Shown in pieces: positions 33,838 through 49,100 of a DNA stretch of 64,000 bases (positions are counted from its first letter, which is position 1; each line of letters starts with the position of its first letter). The notes below the pieces were generated by a model. That model worked only from the letters and a program-made list of their open reading frames with translations. It was not told where the DNA came from and did no database searches. Origin of the DNA: Eledone cirrhosa (taxonomy: Eukaryota); contig OZ024740.1 in NCBI GenBank assembly GCA_964016885.1, positions 290,408,001 to 290,472,000 of the forward strand, in the 5' to 3' direction. Position numbers and translations under genes: made by a program.

Positions 33838-36800
33838 ATAAAAAACGGATCCCCAAATAAAAAACGGACCCGCAAATAAAAAAGGATTCCCCCAAATAAA
33901 AAACGGACCCTCTCCCAAATAAAAATGGATCCCCAAATAAAAAACGGCTCCCTCCAGATAAAAAACATATCCCTAAATAAAAAACGGACACCCAAATAAA
34001 AAACGGATTCGCAAATAAAAAACGGACCCACCCCCCATATAAAAAACGGATCCCCAAATAAAAAACGGACCCCCAAATAAAAAGCGGACACCCAAATAAA
34101 AAATGGATCCCCAAATAAAAAACGGACACCCAAATAAATAACGGATCCCCCCAAAAATGAAACGGATACCCCAATAAAAAACGGACCCCTGGCCCTATAA
34201 AAAACGGACCCCAAATATAAAACGGCCCCCTCCAAATAAAAAAACAGATCTCTAAATAAAAAACGGACACCCAAATAAAAAACGGATTCCCAAATAAAAA
34301 ACGGACCCTCCACCCCAAATAAAAAACGGATCGATCCCCAAATAAAAAACGGATCCCCAAATAAAAAACAGACCACCTCCTAAATAAAATATGGATCCCC
34401 AAATACAAAGCCGACACACATAAAAAACGGAACCCCCAAATAAAAAACGGATCCCCCCAAATAAAAAACCGATACCCATATAAAAAAAGGATACCCATAT
34501 AAAAACCGGATACCCATATAAAAACGGAGCCCCACCCATAATAAAAAACGGATCCCCAAATAAAAAACGGACCCCCCAAAAAAAAAATAAAAAACGGACA
34601 CCCCAAATAAAAAACGGATCCCCCACCCCAAATAAAAGACGGAACCCCAAATAAGAAACGGATCCTCACCAAATAAAAAACGGACCCCCAAATGAAAAAC
34701 GGAACGCACAAATAAAAAACGGACCCCCCCCCCTCCCCCCAAATGAAAATCGGATCCCCAAATAAAAACGGACACCCTAATAAAAAACGGATTCCCCCAA
34801 ATAAAAAACGGACACCCTCCCAAATAAAAAATGGATCCCCAAATAAAAAACGAATCCCCCAAAATAAAAAACGGAACCCAACCAAATGAAAAACGGAACC
34901 CCAAAATAAAAAACGGATTCGCCCCAGATAAAAAACGGACACCCTCCCAAATAAAAAATGGATCCCCAAATACAAAGCGGACCCGCCCCGACCCCACACA
35001 CACCAAATAAAAAACAGATCGCCAAATGAAAAACGGACCCCACCCCAATTAAAAAAAGCAACTCCCAAATAAAACGGACACAAATTAAAAACGGAACCCC
35101 CAAATAAAAGACGGATCCCCCACCCCCCACCCCAATAAAAAACGGTTCCCCAAATAAAAAACGGACAACCAAATAAAAAACGGATTCCCCCCAAATAAAT
35201 AACGGACCCCCGAATAAAAAGCGGACACCCAAATAAAAAACGGATTCCCCCCAATAATAAACGGAACCCCAAATAAAAACGGCCCCCTCCAGATAAAAAA
35301 CAGATCCCTAAATAATAAACGGACACCCAAATAAAAAACAGTTTCCCAAATAAAAATCGGACACCCAAATAAAAATGGATCCCCAAATAAAAAACGGACA
35401 CCCAAATAAAAAACGGATCCCCCCAAATAAAAAACGGACACCCAAATAAAAAACGGACCCCCCAAATAAAAAACGGACCCTAAATAAAAAAATGGACCCC
35501 TAAATAAAAAACGGACACGCAAATAAAATACGGACACCCAAATAAAAAACGGATTCGCCCTAAATATAAAACGCGCCCTCCACCCCAAATAAATATCGGA
35601 GCCCAAATCAAAATGGATCCCCAAATAAAAAAAGGACACCCCAAATAAAAAACGGATCCCCGAATAAAAAACGGACACCCAAATAAAAGATGGATCCCCA
35701 TATAAAAAACGGACCCCCCCCCCCCCAAAAAAAATAAAAAACGGATTTCCAAATAAAAAACGGATCCCCTCACCCCAAATAAAAGACGGATCGATGCCCA
35801 AATGAAAAACGGAAGCCCCAAATAAAAAACGGACACCCCAAATAAAAAACGGACCCCCAAATAAAAAACGGAACGCCCAAATAAAAACGGACCCATCCCC
35901 CTGCCCCCAAATAAAAATCGGATCCCCAAATAAAAAAAGGACACACTAATAAAACACGGATTCCCTCCAAATAAAAAACGGACACCCTCCCAAATAAAAA
36001 ATGGATCCCCAAATAAAGAGCGGACACCCAAATAAAAAATGGATCCCCAAAATAAAAAACGGAACCCAACCAAATGAAAAACGGAACCCCAAAATAAAAA
36101 ACGGATTCGCCCCAGATAAAAAACGGACCCCCTATCAAATAAAAAATGGATCAACAAAGTGGACCCGCCCGCCCCCCTCCCCCCACACACACCAAATAAA
36201 AAACGGATCCCCAAATGAAAAACGGACCCCACCACAATTAAAAAATGCAACTCTCAATTAAAACGGACACACAAATAAAAAACGGAAACCCAAATAAAAG
36301 ATGGACCCATCCCCCACCCCACCCCACACCACCCCCACCCCCACCCCAATAAAAAAAAAGTTCCACAGATAAAAAACGGACGCCCAAATAAAAAACGAGA
36401 TTCCCCTCAAATAAAAAACGAATCCCCGAATAAAAAACGGACACCCAAATAAAAAACGGATTCCCCCAAATAATAAACGGAACCCCAAATAAAAAACGGC
36501 CCCCTCCAGATGAAAATCAGATCCCTAAATAAAAAACGGACACCCATATAAAAAACGGATCCCCAAATAAAAAACGGACCCGCAAATAAAAAAGGATTCC
36601 CCCAAATAAAAAACGGACCCTCTCCCAAATAAAAATGGATCCCCAAATAAAAAACGGCTCCCTCCAGATAAAAAACATATCCCTAAATAAAAAACGGACA
36701 CCCAAATAAAAAACGGATTCGCAAATAAAAAACGGACCCACCCCCCATATAAAAAACGGATCCCCAAATAAAAAACGGACCCCCAAATAAAAAGCGGACA

Positions 36801-39271
36801 CCCAAATAAAAAATGGATCCCCAAATAAAAAACGGACACCCAAATAAATAACGGATCCCCCCAAAAATGAAACGGATACCCCAATAAAAAACGGACCCCT
36901 GGCCCTATAAAAAACGGACCCCAAATATAAAACGGCCCCCTCCAAATAAAAAAACAGATCTCTAAATAAAAAACGGACACCCAAATAAAAAACGGATTCC
37001 CAAATAAAAAACGGACCCTCCACCCCAAATAAAAAACGGATCGATCCCCAAATAAAAAACGGATCCCCAAATAAAAAACAGACCACCTCCTAAATAAAAT
37101 ATGGATCCCCAAATACAAAGCCGACACACATAAAAAACGGAACCCCCAAATAAAAAACGGATCCCCCCAAATAAAAAACCGATACCCATATAAAAAAAGG
37201 ATACCCATATAAAAACCGGATACCCATATAAAAACGGAGCCCCACCCATAATAAAAAACGGATCCCCAAATAAAAAACGGACCCCCCAAAAAAAAAATAA
37301 AAAACGGACACCCCAAATAAAAAACGGATCCCCCACCCCAAATAAAAGACGGAACCCCAAATAAGAAACGGATCCTCACCAAATAAAAAACGGACCCCCA
37401 AATGAAAAACGGAACGCACAAATAAAAAACGGACCCCCCCCCTCCCCCAAATGAAAATCGGATCCCCAAATAAAAACGGACACCCTAATAAAAAACGGAT
37501 TCCCCCAAATAAAAAACGGACACCCTCCCAAATAAAAAATGGATCCCCAAATAAAAAACGAATCCCCCAAAATAAAAAACGGAACCCAACCAAATGAAAA
37601 ACGGAACCCCAAAATAAAAAACGGATTCGCCCCAGATAAAAAACGGACACCCTCCCAAATAAAAAATGGATCCCCAAATACAAAGCGGACCCGCCCCGAC
37701 CCCACACACACCAAATAAAAAACAGATCGCCAAATGAAAAACGGACCCCACCCCAATTAAAAAAAGCAACTCCCAAATAAAACGGACACAAATTAAAAAC
37801 GGAACCCCCAAATAAAAGACGGATCCCCCACCCCCCACCCCAATAAAAAACGGTTCCCCAAATAAAAAACGGACAACCAAATAAAAAACGGATTCCCCCC
37901 AAATAAATAACGGACCCCCGAATAAAAAGCGGACACCCAAATAAAAAACGGATTCCCCCCAATAATAAACGGAACCCCAAATAAAAACGGCCCCCTCCAG
38001 ATAAAAAACAGATCCCTAAATAATAAACGGACACCCAAATAAAAAACAGTTTCCCAAATAAAAATCGGACACCCAAATAAAAATGGATCCCCAAATAAAA
38101 AACGGACACCCAAATAAAAAACGGATCCCCCCAAATAAAAAACGGACACCCAAATAAAAAACGGACCCCCCAAATAAAAAACGGACCCTAAATAAAAAAA
38201 TGGACCCCTAAATAAAAAACGGACACGCAAATAAAATACGGACACCCAAATAAAAAACGGATTCGCCCTAAATATAAAACGCGCCCTCCACCCCAAATAA
38301 ATATCGGAGCCCAAATCAAAATGGATCCCCAAATAAAAAAAGGACACCCCAAATAAAAAACGGATCCCCGAATAAAAAACGGACACCCAAATAAAAGATG
38401 GATCCCCATATAAAAAACGGACCCCCCCCCCCCCCAAAAAAAAAATAAAAAACGGATTTCCAAATAAAAAACGGATCCCCTCACCCCAAATAAAAGACGG
38501 ATCGATGCCCAAATGAAAAACGGAAGCCCCAAATAAAAAACGGACACCCCAAATAAAAAACGGACCCCCAAATAAAAAACGGAACGCCCAAATAAAAACG
38601 GACCCATCCCCCTGCCCCCAAATAAAAATCGGATCCCCAAATAAAAAAAGGACACACTAATAAAACACGGATTCCCTCCAAATAAAAAACGGACACCCTC
38701 CCAAATAAAAAATGGATCCCCAAATAAAGAGCGGACACCCAAATAAAAAATGGATCCCCAAAATAAAAAACGGAACCCAACCAAATGAAAAACGGAACCC
38801 CAAAATAAAAAACGGATTCGCCCCAGATAAAAAACGGACCCCCTATCAAATAAAAAATGGATCAACAAAGTGGACCCGCCCGCCCCCCTCCCCCCACACA
38901 CACCAAATAAAAAACGGATCCCCAAATGAAAAACGGACCCCACCACAATTAAAAAATGCAACTCTCAATTAAAACGGACACACAAATAAAAAACGGAAAC
39001 CCAAATAAAAGATGGACCCATCCCCCACCCCACCCCACACCACCCCCACCCCCACCCCAATAAAAAAAAAGTTCCACAGATAAAAAACGGACGCCCAAAT
39101 AAAAAACGAGATTCCCCTCAAATAAAAAACGGATCCCCGAATAAAAAACGGACACCCAAATAAAAAACGGATTCCCCCAAATAATAAACGGAACCCCAAA
39201 TAAAAAACGGCCCCCTCCAGATGAAAATCAGATCCCTAAATAAAAAACGGACACCCATATAAAAAACGGAT
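33838..39271. repeat. Near-identical tandem duplication, unit ~2710 bp
   Basis: 33841 matches 36551. ORF pairs 34252/36962, 35770/38481 and 36001/38712 have identical translations. Confidence 0.92.
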
Positions 39272-39584
39272 TCCCAAATAAAAAACGGACCACCCCCCAT
39301 ATAAAAAACGGATCAACAAATAAAAAACGGACCCCCAAATAAAAAGCGGACACCCAAATAAAAAATGGATCCCCAAATAAAAACCGACACCCAAATAAAT
39401 AACGGATCCCCCCAAAAATGAAACGGATACCCCAATAAAAAACGGACCCCCCCCCCCGCCCTATAAAAAACGAATCCCCAAATAGAAAACGGCCCCCTCC
39501 AAATAAAAAACAGATCGCTAAATAAAAAACGGACACCCAAATACGAAACGGATTCCCAAATAAAAAACGAACCCTCCACCCCAA

Positions 39585-42500
39585 ATAAAAAACGGACTGC
39601 CCACCAAATAAAAAACGGACCCCCTCCTAAATAAAAAATGGATCCCCAAATAAAAAGAGGACACCCAAATAAAAAATGGATCCCCAAATAAAAAACGGAC
39701 ACCCAAATAAAAAACGGACCCCACAAATAAAAACGGACACCCGCAAATAAAAAACCGATCCCTAAATGGAAAGCGGATCCTCAAATGAAAACGGATCCCC
39801 AAATAAAAAACAGACCCCCAAATAAAAAACAGATTCCCCCAAATAAAAAACGGGCCCCCCCAAATAAAAACGGACCCCCCACCCCCCAAAAAAGGACACC
39901 CAAATAAAAACGGATCCTCAAATAAAAAACGGATCCCAAAATGAAAAACGGATTCCCCCAAATAAAAAAAGGATCCCCAAATTAAAATCGGAACCCCTCC
40001 CAAATAAAAAACGTACCCCCAAATAAAAAACGGATTCCCCCAAATAAATAACGGAGCCCAAATAAAAATTGGATCCCCAAATAAAAAACGGACCCCAAAT
40101 AAAAAAAGGATCCCAAATAAAATACGGACACCCATATAAAAAACGGACCCCCACCCCAAATAAAAAACGGACCCCCACCACCACACACACACCAAATAAA
40201 AAACGGATCGCCAAATAAAAAACGCACCCCACCCCAATTAAAAAACGGAACTCCCAAATAAGAACGGACACCCCCAAATAAAAAACTTATACCCATATAA
40301 AAAACGGATCCCCCCAAATAAGAAACGGATACCCATATAAAAAACGGACTCCCACCCCAAATAAAAAACGGATCCCCCAATAAAAAACGGACCCTCCCCC
40401 CAATTAAAAACAAATCTCCCTCCCCCCTCAATAAAAAACGGACCCCCAAATAAAAAACGGCCCCCTCCAAATAAAAAACAGATCCCTAAATAAAAAACGG
40501 ACACCCAAATAAAAAACGGATTCCCAAATAAAAAACGGACCCTCCACCCCAAATAAAAAACGGACACCCATATAAAAAACGGACCGCCCAAATAAAAAAC
40601 GACCCCCCCCCACACACAAACAGACACACCAAATAAAAAACGGATCGCCAAATAAAAACGGACACCCCCAAATAAAAAACGGATCCCTAAATGAAAAACG
40701 GATTCCCCCAAATAAAAAAGGATCCCCAAATTAAAAACGGACCCCTCCCAAATAGAGAACGGACCCCAAATATAAAACGGATTCCCCCAAATAAATAACG
40801 GAGCCCAAATAAAAATTGGATCCCCAAATAAAAAACGGACCCAAATAAAAAAAGGATCCCCAAATAAACAACGGAAAACCATATAAAAAACGGACGCCCA
40901 CCCCAAATAAAAAACGGATCCCCCCCTAAAAATGGACCCCGCTTCCCCAATTAAAAACGTATCCCCCGCCCACCCCACCCCCATTTAAAAAACGAACCCC
41001 CAAATAAAAAACGGCATCCTCAAAAACAAAAACAGATCCCCAAATAAAAAACGGATTCCCAAATAAAAAACGGATCCCCAGATGAAAAACGGACACCCAA
41101 ATGAAAAACGGACCCCCAAATAAAAAACGGACTGCCCACCAAATAAAAAACGGACCCCCTCCTAAATAAAAAATGGATCCCCAAATAAAAAGCGGACACC
41201 CAAATAAAAAATGGATCCCCAAATAAAAAACGGACACCCAAATAAAAAACGGACCCCACAAATAAAAACGGACACCCGCAAATAAAAAACCGATCCCTAA
41301 ATGGAAAGCGGATCCTCAAATGAAAACGGATCCTCAAATAAAAAACACACCCCCAAATAAAAAACAGATTCCTCCAAATAAAAACGGGCCCCCCCAAATA
41401 AAAACGGACCCCCCCCCAAAAAAGGACACCCAAATAGAAACGGATCCTCAAATAAAAAACGGATCCCAAAATGAAAAACGGATTCCCCCAAATAAAAAAA
41501 GGATCCCCAAATTAAAATCGGAACCCCTCCCAAATAAAAAACGGACCCCCAAATAAAAAACGGATTCCCCCAAATAAATAACGGAGCCCAAATAAAAATT
41601 GGATCCCCAAATAAGAAACGGACCCCAAATAAAAAAAGGATCCCAAATAAAATACGGACACCCATATAAAAAACGGACCCCCACCCCAAATAAAAAACGG
41701 ACCCCCACCACCACACACACACCAAATAAAATACGGATCGCCAAATAAAAAACGCACCCCACCCCAATTAAAAAACGGAACTCCCAAATAAGAACGGACA
41801 CCCCCAAATAAAAAACGTATACCCATATAAAAAACGGATCCCCCCAAATAAGAAACGGATACCCATATAAAAAACGGACTCCCACCCCAAATAAAAAACG
41901 GATCCCCCAATAAAAAACGGACCCTCCCCCTAATTAAAAACAAATCTCCCTCCCCCCTCAATAAAAAACGGACCCTCCACCCCAAATAAAAAACGGACAC
42001 CCATATAAAAAACGGACCGCCCAAATAAAAAACAACCCCCCACACACACACAAACAGACACACCAAATAAAAAACGGATCGCCAAATAAAAACGGACACC
42101 CCCAAATAAAAAACGGATCCCTAAATGAAAAACTGATTCCCCCAAATAAAAAAGGATCCCCAAATTAAAAACGGACCCCTCCCAAATAGAGAACGGACCC
42201 CAAATAAAAAACGGATTCCCCCAAATAAATAACGGAGCCCAAATAAAAATTGGATCCCCAAATAAAAAACGGACCCAAATAAAAAAAGGATCCCCAAATA
42301 AACAACGGAAAACCATATAAAAAACGGACGCCCACTCCAAATAAAAAACGGATCCCCCCTAAAAAGGGACCCCGCTTCCCCAATTAAAAACGTATCCCCC
42401 GCCCACCCCACCCCCATATAAAAAACGAACCCCCAAATAAAAAACGGCATCCTCAAAAAAAAAATCAGATCCCCAAATAAAAAACGGATTCCCAAATAAA

Positions 42501-44080
42501 AAACGGATCCCCAGATGAAAAACGGACACCCAAATGAAAAACGGACCCCCAAATAAAAAACGGACTGCCCACCAAATAAAAAACGGACCCCCTCCTAAAT
42601 AAAAAATGGATCCCCAAATAAAAAGCGGACACCCAAATAAAAAATGGATCCCCAAATAAAAAACGGACACCCAAATAAAAAACGGACCCCACAAATAAAA
42701 ACGGACACCCGCAAATAAAAAACCGATCCCTAAATGGAAAGCGGATCCTCAAATGAAAACGGATCCCCAAATAAAAAACAGACCCCCAAATAAAAAACAG
42801 ATTCCCCCAAATAAAAACGGGCCCCCCCCCAAATAAAAACGGACCCCCCCCAAAAAAGGACACCCAAATAAAAACGGATCCTCAAATAAAAAACGGATCC
42901 CAAAATGAAAAACGGATTCCCCCAAATAAAAAAAGGATCCCAAAATAAAATCGGAACCCCTCCCAAATAAAAAACGGACCCCGAAATAAAAAACGGATTC
43001 CCCCAAATAAATAACGGAGCCCAAATAAAAATTGGATCCCCAAATAAAAAACGGACCCCAAATAAAAAAAGGATCCCAAATAAAATACGGACACCCATAT
43101 AAAAAACGGACCCCCACCCCAAATAAAAAACGGACCCCCACCACCACACACAAACCAAATAAAAAACGGATCGCCAAATAAAAAAGCCACCCCACCCCAA
43201 TTAAAAAACGGAACTCCCAAATAATAACGGACACCCCCAAATAAAAAACGTATACCCATATAAAAAACAGATCCCCCCAAATAAGAAACGGATACCCATA
43301 TAAAAAACGGACTCCCACCCCAAATAAAAAACGGATCCCCCAATAAAAAACGGACCCTCCCCCCAATTAAAAACAAATCTCCCTCCCCCCTCAATAAAAA
43401 ACGGACCCCCAAATAAAAAACGGCCCCCTCCAAATAAAAAACAGATCCCTAAATAAAAAACGGACACTCAAATAAAAAACGGATTCCCAAATAAAAAACG
43501 GACCCTCCACCCCAAATAAAAAACGGACACCCATATAAAAAACGGACCGCCCAAATAAAAAACGACCCCCCCCCCACACACACAAACAGACACACCAAAT
43601 AAAAAACGGATCGCCAAATAAAAACGGACACCCCCAAATAAAAAACGGATCCCTAAATGAAAAACGGATTCCCCCAAATAAAAAGGGATCCCCAAATTAA
43701 AAACGGACCCCTCCCAAATAGAGAACGGACCCCAAATAAAAAACGGATTCCCCCAAATAAATAACGGAGCCCAAATAAAAATTGGATCCCCAAATAAAAA
43801 ACGGACCCATTAAAAAAAGGATCCCCAAATAAACAACGGAAAACCATATAAAAAACGGACGCCCACCCCAAATAAAAAACGGATCCCCCCCTAAAAAGGG
43901 ACCCCGCTTCCCCAATTAAAAACGTATCCCCCGCCCATCCCACCACCATATAAAAAACGAACCCCAAATAAAAAACGGCATCCTCAAAAAAAAAATCAGA
44001 TCCCCAAATAAAAAACGGATTCCCAAATAAAAAACGGATCCCCAGATGAAAAACGGACACCCAAATGAAAAACGGACCCC
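39585..44080. repeat. Three-copy higher-order repeat, units ~1.43-1.54 kb
   Basis: The marker TAAATGGAAAGCGGATCC occurs near 39763, 41298 and 42731, and GGACTGCCCACC near 39594, 41129 and 42562. The middle copy is ~100 bp shorter. Confidence 0.88.
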
Positions 44081-46149
44081 ACCCCAATTAAAAAACGGAA
44101 TTCCCAAATCAAAACGGACACCCCCAAATAAAAAACGAACCCCCAAATAAGAAACGGATCCTCAAATAAAAAACGAATCCCCAAATAAAAACGGACCCCC
44201 AATTTAAAAACGGATTCCCCCAAATAAAAAACGGATCCCCAAATTAAAAACGGATCATCTACCAAATAAAATACGGCCCCCCCCCAATAAAAAACGGATC
44301 CCCAAATAAAAAACCGGCCCCCACCCCAAATAAATAACGGTGCCCAAATAAAAATTGGATTCTCAAATAAAAAACGGACCCCCAAATAAAAAGCGGATCC
44401 CCAAATAAAAAACGGACACCCATATAAAAAACGGAACACCACCCCAAATAAAAAACGGCCCCAAAAACGGAGCCCCTCCCTCCCCCCCATTCCCCCCAAA
44501 AAACGGCCACCTCCAAATAAAAATCAGATCCCTAAATCAAAAACGGACACCCAAATAAAAACATTCCCAAATAAAAAACGGATCCCCAAATAAAAAACGG
44601 TCACCCAAATGAAAAATGGACCCCCAAATAAAATACGATCCCCCCCCACACACACACACCAAATAAAAAACAGATCGCCAAATAAAAAACGGATCCCACC
44701 CCAATTAAAAAACGGAACTCCCAAATAAAAACGGACACCCCCAAATAAAAAACGGATCCTCAAATAAAAACGTAACCCCAAATAAAAAACGGACCCCCAA
44801 ATAAAAAACGGATTCTCCCAAATAAAAACGGATCCCCAAATTAGAAACGGACAACCTCCCAACTAAAAAACGGATCCCCCCTCCAATAAAAAGCGGATCC
44901 CCAAATAAAAAGCGGATTCCCCCCAAATAAAAAACTGGCACTTCACCCCAAATAAATAACGGAGCCCAAATAAAAATTGGATCACCAAATAAAAAACGGA
45001 CACCCAATTAAAAAACGGATACCCAAATAAAAAACGGATCCCCAAATAAAAAACTGACCCTCCAAATAAAAAACGGACCCCCAAATAAAAAATGGACCCC
45101 TAAATATAAAACGGAGACCCGAATAAAAAATGGACACCCAAATAAAAAACGGATCCCCCACCAAAACACGGACACCCAAATAAAAGAAGGATCCCCATAT
45201 AAAAAACGGACACCCCTAAAAAAAATATCAAAAACGGATTTCCAAATAAAAAACGGATCCCCCACCCCAAATAAAAAACGGATCGATGCCCAAATAAAAA
45301 CGGGACCCCCAATAAAAAAGGGATCCCCCAAATAAACGGATACCCATATAAAAAACGGACCCCACCCAAATAAAAAACGGATCCCCCCCACAAATAAAAG
45401 ACGGACACCCAAATAAAAAACGGATTTCCCCCAAATAAATAACGGACCCCCTCCCAAATAAAAAACGGACCCCCAAATAAAAAACGGATTCCCCCAAATA
45501 AAAAACGGGCCCCCCACCCCAAATAAATAACGGAGCCCAAATAAAAAATGGATCCCCAAATAAAAAACGGACACCCAAGTAAAAAACAGATCCCCAAATA
45601 AAAAACGGACACCCAAATAAAAAACGGACCCCCCCGAATAAAAAACGGGCCCCCAAACAAAAAAATGGACGCCTAAATAATAAACGGACACCCAAATAAA
45701 ATCGGACACCCAAATAAAAAACGGACACCCAAATAAAAGGCGGATCCCCATATAAAAAATGGATCCCCCCCCAAAACAAATACGGATTTCCAAGTAAAAA
45801 ACGGATGCCCCACCCCAAATAAAAAAAGGTTCGATGACCAAATAAAAAACGGAACCCCCAAATAAAAAACGGCCCCCTCCAAATAAAAAACCCATTCCCA
45901 AATAAAAAACGGTCCTCCACCCCAAATAAAAAACGGATCGATCCCCAAATAAAAAACGAACACCCAAATAAAAAATGGACCCCCCAAATAAAAAATGGAC
46001 CCCCAAATAAAAAAAATGGACCCCACCCCCAAATAAAAAACGGAGACCCCAAATAAAAAACGGAGATCCCAAATAAAAACGGATCCCCAAATAAAAGACT
46101 GATCCCCATATAAAAACGGACCCCCCTCCAAAATAAAAAATCGGATTCC

Positions 46150-49100
46150 CAAGTAAAAACGGATCCCCAAATTAAAAACGGCCCCCCTCCCAAATAAAAA
46201 ACGCCCCCCTCCCAAATAAAAAAGGACCCCCCCCCCCCAAAAAAAAAAACGGACACCCAAATAAAAACGGATCCTCAAATAAAAAACGAATTCCCAAATA
46301 AAGAACGGATTCCCCCAAATAAATAACGGAGCCCAAATAAAAATTGGATCCCCAAGTAAAAAACGGACCCCGCTTCCCCAATTAAAAAAGGATACCCCCC
46401 CTCCCCAATAAAAAACGGACCCCCTCCCAAATGAAAAGCGGACCCCGAAATAAAAAACGCATCCCCACCAAATAAAAAACGTACCCCAAATAAAAAACGA
46501 AACGCCCAAATAAAAAACGGACCCCCCCCAATAAAAAACAGGTCCCCAAATAAAGAACGGACCCCCAAATAAAAAACGGATTCCCCCAAATAAAGAACGG
46601 TACTCCCAAATAAAAAACGGACCCACCCCCCAAATAAAAAACGTATCCCCAAATAAAAAACGGACACCCTAGTAAAAAACGGATTCCCCCCAAATAAAAA
46701 ACGGAGCCCCAAATAAAAAAAATGGATCCCCCCCAATAACAAACGGAGACCCCAAATAAAAACGGATCCCCAAATAAAAGACGGATCCCCATATGAAAAC
46801 GGACCCCCCTCCAAAATAAAAAATCGGATTACCAAATAAAAACGAATCCCCAAATTAAAAACGGCCCCCCTCCCAAATAAAAAACGCCCCCCCCCTCCCA
46901 AATAAAAAAGCCCCCCCCCCCCCCCCCAAAAAAAAAAAATCGGACACCCAGATAAAAACGCATCCTCAAATAAAAAACGGATTCCCAAATAAAGAACGGA
47001 TTGCCCCAAATAAATAACGGAGCCCAAATAAAAATTGGATCCCCAAGTAAAAAACGGACCCCGCTTCCCCAATTAAAAAAGGATACGCCCCTCCCCAATA
47101 AAAAACGGAGACCCCCAAATAAAAAACGGACCCCCTCCCAAATGAAAAACGGACCCCGAAATAAAAAACGCATCCCCACCAAATAAAAAACGGACCCCAA
47201 ATAAAAAACGAAACGCCCAAATAAAAAACGGACCGCCCCCCAATAAAAAACAGGTCCCCAAATAAAGAACGTACCCCCAAATAAAAAACGGATTCCCCCA
47301 AATAAAGAACGGTACTCCCAAATAAAAAACGGACCCACCCCCCAAATAAAAAACGTATCCCCAAATAAAAAACGGACACCCTAGTAAAAAACGGATTCCC
47401 CCCAAATAAAAAACGGACCCCCAAATAAAAAAAATGGATCCCCCCCCCCCCAATAACAAACGGAGACCCCAAATAAAAACGGATCCCCAAATAAAAGACG
47501 GATCCCCATATGAAAACGGACCCGCCTCCAAAATAAAAAAATCGGATTACCAAATAAAAACGGATCCCCAAATTAAAAACGGCCCCCCTCCCAAATAAAA
47601 AACGCCCCCCCCCTCCCAAATAAAAAAGCCCCCCCCCCCCCCCCCCCCCAACAAAAAAACCGGACACCCAAATAAAAACGCATCCTCAAATAAAAAACGG
47701 ATTCCCAAATAAAGAACGGATTCCCCCAAATAAAAATTGGATCCGCAAGTAAAAAACGGACCCCGCTTCCCCAATTAAAAAAGGATATCCCCCCAAATAA
47801 AAAACGGACACCCCCAAATAAAAAACGGATCCCCTCCCAAATAAAAGAAGGACCCCGAAATAAAAAACGCATCCCCACCAAATAAAAAACGGACCCCAAA
47901 TAAAAAACGAAACGCCCAAATAAAAAACGGACCCCCCCCCAATAAAAAACAGGTCCCCAAATAAAGAACGGACCCCCAAATAAAAAACGGATTCCCCCAA
48001 ATAAAGAACGGTACTCCCAAATAAAAAACGGACCCACCCCCCAAATAAAAAACAGACACCCTAGTAAAAAACGGATTCCCCCCAAATAAAAAACGGACCC
48101 CCTCCCAAATAAACCCCCCCCCGATAAAAAACGCATCCCCAAATTAAAAACGGACCCCCTCCCAAATAAAAAAAACGCCCCTCCCGATCAAAAACGGATC
48201 CCCAAATAAAAAAAGGATTCCCCCAAATGATAAACGGACCCCCTCCCAAATGAAAAACGGACCCCCGAATAAAAAACGGATTCCCCCAAATAAAAAACGG
48301 AACCTCCACCCCAAATAAAGAACGGATTGATCCCCAAATAAAAAAACGCCCCCCCCCCCCGATAAAAAACGGACACCCAAATAAAAAACGGACCCCCCCC
48401 CCAAAAAAACGGAGCCCCCACCAAATAAAAAACAGAACCCCTCCTAAATAAAATATGGATCCCCAAATAGAAAGCCAACACACATAAAAAAAGGATCGAT
48501 GCACAAATAAAAAACGGAACCCCCAAATAAAAAACGGTCCTCCCCCCCAAATAAAAAATGGATCCCCAAATAAAAACGGATCCCCAAATAAAAGACGGAT
48601 CCCCATATAAAAACGGACCCCCCCCACAAAATCGGATTCCCAAATAAAAAATGGATCCCAAAATTATAAACGGCCCCCACAATAAAAAACGGACCCCCCC
48701 CAAAAAAAAACAGACGCCCAGATAAAAACGGATCCTCAAATAAAAAACGGATCCCCAAATAAAAAACGGACCCCCTCCCAAATGAAAAACGGACCCCGAA
48801 ATAAAAAACGCATCCCCACCAAATAAAAAACGGACCCCAAATAAAAAACGAAACGCCCAAATAAAAAACGGACCGCCCCCCAATAAAAAACAGGTCCCCA
48901 AATAAAGAACGTACCCCCAAATAAAAAACGGATTCCCCCAAATAAAGAACGGTACTCCCAAATAAAAAACGGACCCACCCCCCCAAATAAAAAACGTATC
49001 CCCAAATAAAAAACGGACACCCTAGTAAAAAACGGATTCCCCCCAAATAAAAAACGGACCCCCAAATAAAAAAAATGGATCCCCCCCCCAATAACAAACG

